DNA of 64,000 nt, from NCBI GenBank assembly GCA_038319675.1, contig JBBQDM010000018.1:17839-81838 (forward strand). Direction: 5' to 3'. How positions within the stretch are numbered: the first letter of the stretch is position 1; every line of letters starts with the position of its first letter. Under the pieces are notes generated by a model. That model had not been told where the DNA came from. It made no database searches and saw only the letters and a list, made by a program, of their open reading frames with translations. Shown here piece by piece: positions 1 to 8,810 of the stretch. A program made the position numbers and the translations under genes. This DNA comes from Vicinamibacterales bacterium (GTDB taxonomy: Bacteria > Acidobacteriota > Vicinamibacteria > Vicinamibacterales > SCN-69-37).

Positions 1-6
1 GGTTCG

Positions 7-402
7 TTGACTGAGACGATGTCCATGAACTGCGCGCCGACGTCCGCGATGCGACAGCTCGGCCAGGCGATTTTCCCGGTCCTCGCTGCGCAGCAGCCAC
101 CTGCCACGCCGATTCGTGTGGGAGGCAACATTCGAGCACCGCAGAAGGTGAGAAACGTCAGGCCGGTCTGCCCGGCAGGTTTGCCACTCGGCGACACGAT
201 GGTGCAGCTCAGCGGCGTCGTCGGCATCGACGGCCTCATTCATGACATGGAGGCGGTGCCTGACGATGCGGGAACGCAGCCGCATGCAGCAGCAGCCGCA
301 GCCGCCCTCGACGCCGTGCGCCAGTGGACGTTCACACCGACACAGCTCAACGGGCAGCCCGTGGACGTCAACATCACCGTGACGGTCACGTTCTCGAAGT
401 AG
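7..402 (+). CDS. TonB C-terminal domain protein; probably the 3' part of a gene starting before the window
   Basis: IRVGGNIRAPQKVRNVRP and ALDAVRQWTFTPTQLNGQPVDVNITVTVTF match the TonB_C pattern; TTG start at the window edge is doubtful. Confidence 0.75.
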   Translation: MTETMSMNCAPTSAMRQLGQAIFPVLAAQQPPATPIRVGGNIRAPQKVRNVRPVCPAGLPLGDTMVQLSGVVGIDGLIHDMEAVPDDAGTQPHAAAAAAALDAVRQWTFTPTQLNGQPVDVNITVTVTFSK

Positions 403-505
403 ACGAAAAACCTTTCGGGTAGGTTTTTCGCGAAAATGGGACACGCGCAGTGACTGTCAACGCGTGTCCCATTTTTGCGAAAAACCTACCCGAAAGGTTT
501 TTCGT
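403..505. repeat. Long inverted repeat (45-bp arms, 1 mismatch, 13-nt loop) between convergent TonB gene and tRNA-Arg; REP-like, likely bidirectional terminator
   Basis: 403-447 ACGAAAAACCTTTCGGGTAGGTTTTTCGCGAAAATGGGACACGCG is the reverse complement of 461-505 except at one position. Confidence 0.85.
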
Positions 506-581
506 GGCGCGCCCGGCAGGACTCGAACCTGCGACCACCGGCTTAGAAGGCCGGTGCTCTATCCAACTGAGCTACGGGCGC
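505..581 (-). tRNA. tRNA-Arg (anticodon TCT)
   Basis: Reverse complement GCGCCCGTAGCTCAGTTGGATAGAGCACCGGCCTTCTAAGCCGGTGGTCGCAGGTTCGAGTCCTGCCGGGCGCGCCA folds as a cloverleaf with encoded CCA. Confidence 0.97.
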
Positions 582-606
582 GTGGGGTTCATTGTACAGT
601 CGGCGT

Positions 607-1482
607 ATGGTCCTCGCGATTCGAACCCTGGTGCTTCTCGGCGTCGCGGCGTGTGCTACGGCCCCGCCTCCGCCACCGCCGACCCTGACTGTCACGACGC
701 ACGCGCGTGGTCTGCACCAGGGCGAAGTGGTGGTGCTCGCCATTACCGCCGATGCGCCGCTGACAAGCGTCCGGGTGCAGGCGTTTGATCGCGCGGTGCC
801 GACTGTGCAGATCGGTGAGACATGGCGTGCGCTCGTCGGGATCGACTTGAACGTGGCACTGGGCACGTACACCGTGCAGATTGACGCCGACTCCCCAACA
901 GGTCCAGCGACAGCCACACACACACTGGTGCTCGCGCCAAAGGCATTTGAAACCCGCCGCCTCAACGTGGACCCGAACTTCGTCAACCCGCCCGCAACCG
1001 CCAGCGCGAGGATCACCGCTGAGGCGCGCGAGTTAAATGCCTTGTGGAGTGCACAGCCCACCGAGCCGCGCATCCCCGCCCTCACATTCGCGCCGCCGGT
1101 GCCCCACGCCGCGAACTCGGCATTCGGCAAACGCAGCGTCTTTAACGGCGAAGCGCGCGGTGCACACGGCGGTGCCGATTTTCTCAGCCCAACCGGCACG
1201 CCGGTACGAGCGCCCGCACCGGGCATCGTCGTGCTGTCCAAAGACCTCTACTACACGGGTGGCACCGTGATCCTCGATCACGGGCTTGGTCTCTACTCAC
1301 TGTTTGCGCACCTGTCCGCGATGACCGCCACGGTCGGCGACGTCGTCGACACTGGTGTGGTTGTGGGTCGCGTCGGGGCCACCGGTCGTGTGACAGGCGC
1401 TCATCTGCACTGGACGGTGCGGCTCAATGGCGCGCGTGTGGATCCACTGGCGTTGATGGAACTGCTCCCCGCCATCCCGTAG
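607..1482 (+). CDS. M23 family metallopeptidase, probable lipoprotein
   Basis: HGGADF (HxxxD) and AHLHW (HxH) motifs, LDHGLGLYSLFAHL; lipobox-like GVAAC; start moved to ATG 607 just after TACAGT. Confidence 0.9.
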   Translation: MVLAIRTLVLLGVAACATAPPPPPPTLTVTTHARGLHQGEVVVLAITADAPLTSVRVQAFDRAVPTVQIGETWRALVGIDLNVALGTYTVQIDADSPTGPATATHTLVLAPKAFETRRLNVDPNFVNPPATASARITAEARELNALWSAQPTEPRIPALTFAPPVPHAANSAFGKRSVFNGEARGAHGGADFLSPTGTPVRAPAPGIVVLSKDLYYTGGTVILDHGLGLYSLFAHLSAMTATVGDVVDTGVVVGRVGATGRVTGAHLHWTVRLNGARVDPLALMELLPAIP

Positions 1483-1503
1483 TAGAGCAGTTTCGACCAG
1501 CAT

Positions 1504-1577
1504 GTAGTACGGAGCAGACGGACTTTAGTCCGTCTGATGTCCGACGGGCTGAAGCCCGTCGGCTCCGAAAGCACTAC
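1504..1577. repeat. GTAG-type REP-like element with two inner hairpins
   Basis: GTAGT...GGAGC [CAGACGGAC-TTTA-GTCCGTCTG] [CGACGGGC-TGAA-GCCCGTCG] GCTCC...ACTAC. Confidence 0.7.
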
Positions 1578-1618
1578 GTCTAATCCGAGAACGCTGTAGA
1601 CAGTTACAATGGCCCCGC

Positions 1619-3298
1619 ATGCGACCTGCGTTCCTCGTCGCCCTGTGTGTGGCCGTGCTGGGCTCGCTGCCTGGCGCCGCGCCACTGCTGCGGGCGCAAG
1701 CCCCGACCACCCTCACGGTGGACCTCGTCGTGACCGACACCGACGGTCGCCCTGTCACGTCGCTGCGTCCTGACGAGCTCATCATCAGGCTCGACGGCCG
1801 GCCGCAGACAATCACCCATATCCGGGCGATGGGCGCCGGAGCTCCAGCGGTGCGGGCGGACCTTCCCGTTCCCTATGGCACCAATGACGGCCGCATCGGC
1901 CGCCCGACCGCCGTGCTGGTGGATGTGGCGAGATTGCATCCGACGCGGGTGTCCGCAATTTCCTCTGGACTCAGCTCGTTTGTGGCGGCCCTGCCCCCCA
2001 TCGATAGACTGGCACTCGTGCCGCTGAGCACCGACCTTCGGCCTGTCGACTTCACGACGACCCATCAGCGCGTGCTCGACGCGGCCGCCGCTCTGACGTT
2101 ACCGGATCGTGCGCCTCGCACGGCACGGCAGGATGAAACCGCGGTCACCGCAACGCTCGACGCCGTCGCGCGTGCGAGTGCGCTGCTGGCGCCTGAACCC
2201 GGCGTGAAGATGCTGGTGCTTGTGACCGAGCCGTTTGCTGTCACGTCGGACATCCGACGCACGATCCAGACGCTCGCCGACACGCTGGCGCGTCACCGGG
2301 TGACGTTGTCGATCGTGACGCCCGGCTCCGCGCCGCTGCCTCCTGACGACGGCGTGTATGCCCTGGCGAGCGGGACTGGTGGTTTTGTCGCTGCGGCCGA
2401 TTGGGCGACGATGGCGATACAGGAGCAGGGCCGAGTGGAAGTCACGGTCGCAGCCGACCCTCAGCTTCCCAGGGATGAGATTGTGCGGGCACTGCAGACG
2501 AGCACACGGCCCGGCGTGGTGGTGCGCGGCGGCCCGAGCGTGTATATCCCCGAAGCCACCACCGCAGGACTCGAGGCACTCTCTGACATGCTTCGGCAGT
2601 CGCGTCCCTTTACCGATCTGCCGTTACGGGTTGCGGCGTATCCCATTCAGCATGCGGATGGTGTCAGCATCCGCCTGTTAGTGGTGGCCGAGACGATCGA
2701 GCCGGACCGCGCGTTGGAGTGGTCCGAGTTCGCGCTGGTCACCGCCGATGGCCGCTTCGTCGCTCAATGGACCGACGACCGCGACGCGCTGGCACAACGG
2801 CCCCTGATCAGCGGCGTGCTCGCGTCGGAAGGCACCTACCGGCTGCGATGGGCGGCGTCGGAGTTGTCCGGACGTCGCGGCACCGTGGACGTCGAGGTGG
2901 ACGCACGGTTCACACCGGCCGGGCTGTTCAGGCTGAGCGCACTCATGCTCGGCCGACTCGTGACGGACACGTTCGTGCCCGTGCTGCAGCCACCAGCCGG
3001 AACGACAGCGATCGAGTGGTATGCCGAGGTCTATGGCGAGAGCGTGGCAGGCCAGCAGCTGAGCGCACGCATGGACGTGCTGGCCGCACCCGAGGGTCCA
3101 CCTGTTGCGACCGAGGCCGGTCGTGTCCTCACGTCGCCTGACCCGTCGCGTCGCGCGATGACCGGCCGCGTCAACGTGGGCACTTTGGCGGCCGGCGACT
3201 ACCTGCTACGCGCGACGCTGGTAGTGAACGGGCAGGATGCGGGGAGCGTGACACGAACGTTACGCCACCAGACGGCAGGCGCGGCGGGTCGGGAATAA
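1619..3298 (+). CDS. Secreted VWA-related (acidobacterial type) protein, degenerate MIDAS
   Basis: Signal peptide, TVDLVVTDTDGRPVTSL N-terminal motif, LASGTGG motif, C-terminal GDYLLRATL beta domain. Confidence 0.7.
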   Translation: MRPAFLVALCVAVLGSLPGAAPLLRAQAPTTLTVDLVVTDTDGRPVTSLRPDELIIRLDGRPQTITHIRAMGAGAPAVRADLPVPYGTNDGRIGRPTAVLVDVARLHPTRVSAISSGLSSFVAALPPIDRLALVPLSTDLRPVDFTTTHQRVLDAAAALTLPDRAPRTARQDETAVTATLDAVARASALLAPEPGVKMLVLVTEPFAVTSDIRRTIQTLADTLARHRVTLSIVTPGSAPLPPDDGVYALASGTGGFVAAADWATMAIQEQGRVEVTVAADPQLPRDEIVRALQTSTRPGVVVRGGPSVYIPEATTAGLEALSDMLRQSRPFTDLPLRVAAYPIQHADGVSIRLLVVAETIEPDRALEWSEFALVTADGRFVAQWTDDRDALAQRPLISGVLASEGTYRLRWAASELSGRRGTVDVEVDARFTPAGLFRLSALMLGRLVTDTFVPVLQPPAGTTAIEWYAEVYGESVAGQQLSARMDVLAAPEGPPVATEAGRVLTSPDPSRRAMTGRVNVGTLAAGDYLLRATLVVNGQDAGSVTRTLRHQTAGAAGRE

Positions 3299-3318
3299 CG
3301 GCCGGGTCCGCCGAGTCT
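3290..3318 (+). promoter_or_regulatory. Putative autoregulatory ECF promoter GGAAT-N17-AGTCT
   Basis: ECF-like -35/-10 pair ending 3 nt before the sigma factor ATG; similar motif at 21179-21207. Confidence 0.5.
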
Positions 3319-3321
3319 TAT

Positions 3322-3867
3322 ATGTCGGATGCGGATCAGGACCTTGTGGCGCAGGCCAAGACTGGCGATCTGGACGCCTTTGGCGCGCTGGTCGCCAAAC
3401 ATCAGGCGGGGCTTGTGCGGTATCTGACGCACGTGGTGTCACATCCGGCCGATGCCGAAGATGTGGCGCAGGAGGCCCTGCTGCGGGCGTATCGGGCGCT
3501 GAAGGACTTTCGAGGACAGAGCACCTTCCGGACGTGGCTTTACCAGATCGGCACCAATGCGGCACGAACGCACCTGGACAAACGGCGCACACGCCGTGAG
3601 GATCAGGAACACGAGACCGGCGGCATGGACATCGCCAGCGGCGAACACGTGGAGCGTCGTATCGTGGCGCACGACCTGCTGCGCCGGGCGCTGGCCGAGT
3701 TGCCCGACGACTGGCGCGAGGCCGTGGTGCTGCGTGACATTGAGGGGCTCGAGTATCGGGAAATTGCCGAGGCACTCAGCATTCCCATCGGCACGGTGGA
3801 GTCGCGGATTTTCCGCGGACGCCGACGGTTAAAAGAGATTGTGACCGGCAAGGAGAGCGCGACATGA
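3322..3867 (+). CDS. ECF (sigma-70 group 4) RNA polymerase sigma factor
   Basis: DAEDVAQE, FRTWLYQI (region 2); LRDIEGLEYREIAEALSIPIGTVESRIFRGR (region 4). Confidence 0.95.
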   Translation: MSDADQDLVAQAKTGDLDAFGALVAKHQAGLVRYLTHVVSHPADAEDVAQEALLRAYRALKDFRGQSTFRTWLYQIGTNAARTHLDKRRTRREDQEHETGGMDIASGEHVERRIVAHDLLRRALAELPDDWREAVVLRDIEGLEYREIAEALSIPIGTVESRIFRGRRRLKEIVTGKESAT

Positions 3868-4364
3868 CCCACCCCTGCGAGGACCTGACCCGCACGTTGC
3901 TGCACGCCGCCGACGGCACGCTGTCTGCCGGGGAGCGCGCCGCGCTCGACGCCCATCTGGCGACCTGTCCCGGATGCGCCGAGGCGCTGGCGGAGCAACA
4001 GTCGATGCGCCAGATGCTCACAGCGCTCGCGGCGGAGCCTGTGACGACCCATGTGGGCACGCGGGTGCTCGCCCAGCTGCGCGCGGCGCGTCCCGACGGC
4101 GCGGCGCCAGGTTGGCTCGACACGCTGGACTGGCGGCGATGGACCTGGCGCCTGGTGCCGGTCGCCGCCGCACTGGCGCTTGGGGTCGCCGGCGTCGCGC
4201 GAACCACGACGCCAGCGGAAGATACCTCGGAGGTCATGGCGGTTGAGCGCCCGGTGTCGTCTGCGCTGGTCACGGGTGACGTGGCCGGTGGCGATCTCCT
4301 CTCGCTGCTGCTGAATTCGAATGCGGACGCGACACTCACCACTACGACCGGCGGAGGCCAGTAA
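3864..4364 (+). CDS. Anti-sigma factor with zf-HC2 (ZAS) motif and one TM helix
   Basis: HLATCPGC (HxxxCxxC); hydrophobic LVPVAAALALGVAGV; ATGA overlap with sigma gene. Confidence 0.85.
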   Translation: MTHPCEDLTRTLLHAADGTLSAGERAALDAHLATCPGCAEALAEQQSMRQMLTALAAEPVTTHVGTRVLAQLRAARPDGAAPGWLDTLDWRRWTWRLVPVAAALALGVAGVARTTTPAEDTSEVMAVERPVSSALVTGDVAGGDLLSLLLNSNADATLTTTTGGGQ

Positions 4365-4861
4365 TGCAGAGTCCCTCACCCCGCATCTGGCTCGTCACAT
4401 TCGTGACGCTGGTGTTTACGATCGGTCTGCTCGCCGGCATCGTGCTCGAACGCACGGTGCTGCACCGCAGCGGCCCTGCCCTGCGCGGTGCAGGCGCTGT
4501 GGTCGGCGGCCCCGGAGGCCCGGGGGGACGAAGCGGTCAGGGCCGGGGTGGACCGGGCGGCCAGAGCGGCCGTGGGCAGGGCCGCGGCGGACCGATGTTT
4601 GGCCCGCCCCCCACGCAGTATGTCGACGACCTGAGCCGTGAGGTGCAACTGACCGACCAGCAGCGCACGGAGATTCTGGCCCTGCTGCGCACCCAGGAGG
4701 CACACCTGCAGGCGATGCAGGCGGACGCCCGACAGGTCTTCATCCGGGAGCAGGAGGGTCTCCACGATCGCATTGCGGCGGTGCTGACCGCCGAACAGGC
4801 CTCGGCATTCCGCACCTGGATCACCCGCCGCACCGGCCAACGCGGCAGCGGACCGAGATAG
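4364..4861 (+). CDS. Membrane-anchored Spy/CpxP-like (LTxxQ) periplasmic protein
   Basis: N-terminal TM, Gly-rich linker, LTDQQ and LTAEQ motifs; coupled to the anti-sigma gene. Confidence 0.65.
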   Translation: MQSPSPRIWLVTFVTLVFTIGLLAGIVLERTVLHRSGPALRGAGAVVGGPGGPGGRSGQGRGGPGGQSGRGQGRGGPMFGPPPTQYVDDLSREVQLTDQQRTEILALLRTQEAHLQAMQADARQVFIREQEGLHDRIAAVLTAEQASAFRTWITRRTGQRGSGPR

Positions 4862-4891
4862 ATTTGATAGACTATGCCTCTTGCCCGACGT

Positions 4892-4967
4892 GGTGGGTGT
4901 AGCTCAATGGCAGAGCACCGGTCTGTGGCACCGGTTGTTGCGGGTTCGATTCCCGTCATCCACCCCA
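4892..4967 (+). tRNA. tRNA-His (anticodon GTG) with encoded G-1
   Basis: G-GTGGGTG...CCGGT-CT-GTG-GC-ACCGG...GCGGG-TTCGATT-CCCGT-CATCCAC-C-CCA. Confidence 0.97.
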
Positions 4968-4995
4968 TTTTTCGCCCAACCCGTATAATCAACCC

Positions 4996-6360
4996 GTGCA
5001 ACCGCCTCTGACGCCGGCGGCGCCGGACGAACCGCTCTACGAAGCCTTTTACGGGCTCCGCGAGCAGCCGTTTGCGCTGACCACCGACCCACGGTTCCTG
5101 TTCATGGGTGATGCGCACCGGCGCGCCTACGAGGAACTGCTCACGGGCCTGCGTCGACGCGAAGGGGTGATGCTACTGACCGGTGACACCGGTATGGGCA
5201 AGACCACGCTCTGCCGCGCCGTGATTGAGGCCGTCGGCCCCCGCACGTTCTCGGCGCTCATTCTCAATCCCTACATGTCGGACGCCGAAGTGCTGCGGGT
5301 TATCCTGCGCGACTTCGGCCTGGTGACACGCGACGAGATTCGCAAGGGGGCCTTCGCCAAGGCCGATGTGCCGCAGCTGCTCGACACACTGGAAGGGTTC
5401 CTGCGCTCCCTGGTGGCGCTCAACTCCTACGCGGTCGTGATCATCGATGAAGCGCAGAGTCTGTCGACCAGAGTGCTCGACCAGATCCGTGTGCTCGGCG
5501 GCTACGAACATGAGGGGCAACGCCTGCTGCAGATCATCCTGGTCGGACACCCGGAACTGCTGACCACCATCCGAACGGATGCGATGCGTGCGCTCGACGC
5601 GCGGGTCACTCGTCGTGCGGTGCTCGGGCCGCTGCCGCCCTCCGATGTGGATGCCTACATCCAGCATCGCCTGACGGTGGCCGGCGGCAAGGATACGCTC
5701 GACTTCACGGCTGACAGCGTCAACCTCATTGCCGAACTGACGCATGGCGTGCCTCGGCGCATCAATCTGTTGTGTGACCGCACCCTGGAAGTAGGGCGGG
5801 TCGAGGGTACCAACACGATCACCACGTCGATTGTGCAGCGGGCGCACAAAGCGGCATCGGGCCACCCTTCACCCGCGACCGCGCTGCAGCGCGCGCCCGT
5901 GGTGCCACCGCTCGCGGCCACCGCAGCCCCCGACACGACACCCGCATCACGCGCGGCCGCGTTTGACGACATGGCGCTCGAGCTCGATGAGGGACTCTCG
6001 CTCAACGACACGCCGCATGACGACGAGCACGGCCAACCCAATGACACCAGGCTGATGTTCGGACAGACGGCACCCGAGGCGCCGACGCGGCCTAGCTCCG
6101 GTCTATGGCTGATGCTGGCGTGGGTGGTGCTGGCGGCCAGCATCGGCACGTCTGCGGCGTACCTCTCATGGGCATACATCGACAGCCGCACGGCGATCGT
6201 CATGCCCATGCTGCCACCCACGCCTCCACGCGACACAACCCCGCCGCTTGGCCCCTTCCCCATCCCGCCCAATGACGCCGATGAACGGTTCCTGATGAAC
6301 GAACTCCAGCGTCTCAACCCGGGGTGGACACCGCCCAGGGGTGGTGGGGGCGGCTACTGA
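4996..6360 (+). CDS. ExeA/GspA-like AAA ATPase with C-terminal TM segment
   Basis: YEAFYGLREQPFALTTDPRFLF N-terminus, Walker A GDTGMGKT, Walker B IIDEAQ, GVPRRINLLCD. Confidence 0.88.
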   Translation: MQPPLTPAAPDEPLYEAFYGLREQPFALTTDPRFLFMGDAHRRAYEELLTGLRRREGVMLLTGDTGMGKTTLCRAVIEAVGPRTFSALILNPYMSDAEVLRVILRDFGLVTRDEIRKGAFAKADVPQLLDTLEGFLRSLVALNSYAVVIIDEAQSLSTRVLDQIRVLGGYEHEGQRLLQIILVGHPELLTTIRTDAMRALDARVTRRAVLGPLPPSDVDAYIQHRLTVAGGKDTLDFTADSVNLIAELTHGVPRRINLLCDRTLEVGRVEGTNTITTSIVQRAHKAASGHPSPATALQRAPVVPPLAATAAPDTTPASRAAAFDDMALELDEGLSLNDTPHDDEHGQPNDTRLMFGQTAPEAPTRPSSGLWLMLAWVVLAASIGTSAAYLSWAYIDSRTAIVMPMLPPTPPRDTTPPLGPFPIPPNDADERFLMNELQRLNPGWTPPRGGGGGY

Positions 6361-8732
6361 GCCTGCCCCTGCGGCGCCCACACCAGCGCGACGAGATGGA
6401 CATGCACGCCGCCGCGCCGTGGCGGCAACGACATCGTCTCGAGCGTCTCCACCACTGACGCCTGCTCGGCCGTCACGATCGCGCGCTCGATCTCCTGTTC
6501 CAACTCGGTGAGGGCCTGGCGTGCAGCGATCAGATTTTGCTCGGCACGTTTTACGTCTTCGGCTTCCTTCGCGCCTCGGCTCCAACTGCGGGCGGCGGTG
6601 GACGCCTTGCCGATGTTGCCGGCGGTCACGCCTCCGCGGCGCCCGAAGATCGCCCCCAACACCGCCGACCCGAAGGCATTGGCGGTGGACAGTCCGGCCT
6701 GCACCTTGTGCTGTGACACATCCTGTTGCTCTTTGGCGAGTCTGAGTTCCAGACGCCGCACCTTCTCGGTTGCCGTATTCAGCTTTGAGGCGTACTTCGC
6801 ACGCAACCGGTCCACCGCTTCGTCGCGCTGCGCGCGCACGGCATCGGCCACACGAATACGGAAACTGCGCTCGTCCTCATCGGGCGCAGACACCAGGCCA
6901 CTGGCAACGTGCCGCCACAACGACAGTCGCTGCGTGCGCGCGAGCCACCGATCAAAATCCTTGGACCACTTCGCAAACGATTTCACCTGCAGCGCCTGCG
7001 CAGGCACGGCGGCAAACGTCCCCGCAGCCGGCGCCGCCGACACGAGGGCCTGAGGGGCAACACCCACGGCCCGGCTGGTGTCCCAGTCGAGCACGGACAT
7101 CGACGGATCCAGCGGCACGACCACCTGCACCGTGCGGTGAGACGCGATCCCGCGCTTCGCGTCAGCAAAATCCACATCGGCCGCGCCGTACAACACCGGC
7201 ATCCACACGCCCGTGCCCGTGCCGGGCATGAAGAACTGCGGAATCTCGGGCGGCACCAAGGGACGCGACTCGGCGACGGCAGGCGGCGCGTTGTCCGCGG
7301 GGCTAACGGCCGGAAGCTCCGTACGCTCACCCGACGGCGTGGGCTCAGGTGGCGCCATCTGGTCGCGCAACCGGCGCATGTCCTCGCGCGTGAGCGGGCC
7401 GCGCAGGTACGACAGACACCACCGGCTCTCGATCACCACCGGTGCTTTTGCGTGCACGTTATGGACGTAGAAGCGGCGTTTGCCAAGTCCGGCAATCGTT
7501 GTCTCCGCGTCGGCCCGATCAAACGTTCCACCGGCTGCGCCTTCCAACCCGTCGAGCAGTCGAGCGCGATCACGATCGGTCTGCAGTCGCCCGATCAGCC
7601 AGGTGCCGGCATTCGACAAGGCCTTGTAGTCGAGGTCCACAGGGTTCTGCGTGGCGAGACACACACCGACGCCGTAGGCGCGAGCCTGTTTCAGCAGCGT
7701 GAGCAGCGGCCCCTTCGAAGGTGGATTGGCCACCGGCGGCAGGTAGCCGAACACTTCGTCCATGTAGATCAACGCGCGCAAGCTGCTTGTGCCCGGCTGC
7801 GCTCGCATCCATGCCACGATCTCGCCCAGCAGCAGCGACACCACAAACATCCGCTCCGCATCGTCCAAATGCGCGATGGAGATCACACTGATGCGGGGTT
7901 TGCCTGCCGTGTCGTACAGCAGGCGCCCGACGTCGAGAGGGTCGCCTTCAAGCCACGCAGCGAATCCGGGCGAGGCCAGTAGGTTGTTCATGCGCATGGC
8001 GAGCGCGAACCGATCCTTCTGCGGATAAAACGCCTCGAGGTCCATCACGCCCACCCGATCGAGGCCCGGTGTCTGCACGGCGTGGATCAGGGTCTCAAGC
8101 GTCAGCGACGTGCCAGCCTGCCACGCGTCGTGCAGGATGCGCGACAGGAGGATGTGTTCACGACTCGTCAGGGGATCGGCCTCGATGCCGAGCAGACTCA
8201 ACAGACTGCCGACGGTGCTCGACACCCGATCACCAAGCGCTTCGACATCGTCAATCACAGCCTGCGGCGGTGCGGCCAGGCTGTTCAGGATGGACAAGGG
8301 ACGTGCGGCCTGCGAGCCTGGGGTGTAGAGCACCACGTCAGCAGCCTGGCGGAGTCGGGCGATGCGTGCGCCGTCCTGCCCCCAGTCCGCCAGCCCGGTG
8401 CGCCACCGGGTGGCTTCCTGCTCCGCGAACACCTCCGTACTCACACCGGCGCGCGCGGCGTCGTCGGTGTTCACCCAGGGGGCGAACGAAGCGGCATCAA
8501 GCGCGGGAAAGGTCAGCAACAGATTGCCGACGTCGCCTTTGGGGTCGATAGCAATCACCGGAATGCCATCGATGGCCGCCTCTTCGAGCAGGCCGAGACA
8601 CAGCCCCGTCTTGCCGCTGCCGGTCATGCCGACACAGATGGCGTGGGTGGTCAGGTCACGCGCGTCGAGCAGGAAAGGCTCGTCAGCCGTGCGACCGAGA
8701 TAGAACAATCCGAGTTTTTCGAAGTCAGCCAT
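6354..8732 (-). CDS. HerA/FtsK-superfamily P-loop ATPase (DUF853-like) with C-terminal coiled coil
   Basis: GMTGSGKT, IDPKGD, YMDEVFG, LKQARAYG, ATQNPVDLDYK. Confidence 0.85.
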   Translation of the reverse strand: MADFEKLGLFYLGRTADEPFLLDARDLTTHAICVGMTGSGKTGLCLGLLEEAAIDGIPVIAIDPKGDVGNLLLTFPALDAASFAPWVNTDDAARAGVSTEVFAEQEATRWRTGLADWGQDGARIARLRQAADVVLYTPGSQAARPLSILNSLAAPPQAVIDDVEALGDRVSSTVGSLLSLLGIEADPLTSREHILLSRILHDAWQAGTSLTLETLIHAVQTPGLDRVGVMDLEAFYPQKDRFALAMRMNNLLASPGFAAWLEGDPLDVGRLLYDTAGKPRISVISIAHLDDAERMFVVSLLLGEIVAWMRAQPGTSSLRALIYMDEVFGYLPPVANPPSKGPLLTLLKQARAYGVGVCLATQNPVDLDYKALSNAGTWLIGRLQTDRDRARLLDGLEGAAGGTFDRADAETTIAGLGKRRFYVHNVHAKAPVVIESRWCLSYLRGPLTREDMRRLRDQMAPPEPTPSGERTELPAVSPADNAPPAVAESRPLVPPEIPQFFMPGTGTGVWMPVLYGAADVDFADAKRGIASHRTVQVVVPLDPSMSVLDWDTSRAVGVAPQALVSAAPAAGTFAAVPAQALQVKSFAKWSKDFDRWLARTQRLSLWRHVASGLVSAPDEDERSFRIRVADAVRAQRDEAVDRLRAKYASKLNTATEKVRRLELRLAKEQQDVSQHKVQAGLSTANAFGSAVLGAIFGRRGGVTAGNIGKASTAARSWSRGAKEAEDVKRAEQNLIAARQALTELEQEIERAIVTAEQASVVETLETMSLPPRRGGVHVHLVALVWAPQGQAQ

Positions 8733-8747
8733 GGCTGATCTTCATCC

Positions 8748-8802
8748 TGACACACGTTTGTTGCCGCCGCGTCTTCGGTCTGTTGCATCGATGCGGCACG
8801 CT
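8748..8802 (+). promoter_or_regulatory. Pho-box-like array (four hexamers at 11-bp period) plus -10-like CACGCT upstream of btaA
   Basis: TGACAC 8748, TGTTGC 8759, CGTCTT 8770, TGTTGC 8781; 10 nt gap; CACGCT 8797-8802; ATG 8811. Confidence 0.45.
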
Positions 8803-8810
8803 CTTGCCCG

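Noticed and set aside
450-788. ORFs overlapping tRNA genes (450-788, 464-688, 62449-62940, 62972-63187, 63063-63416)
   Set aside because: Translations of tRNA antisense or overlapping sequence
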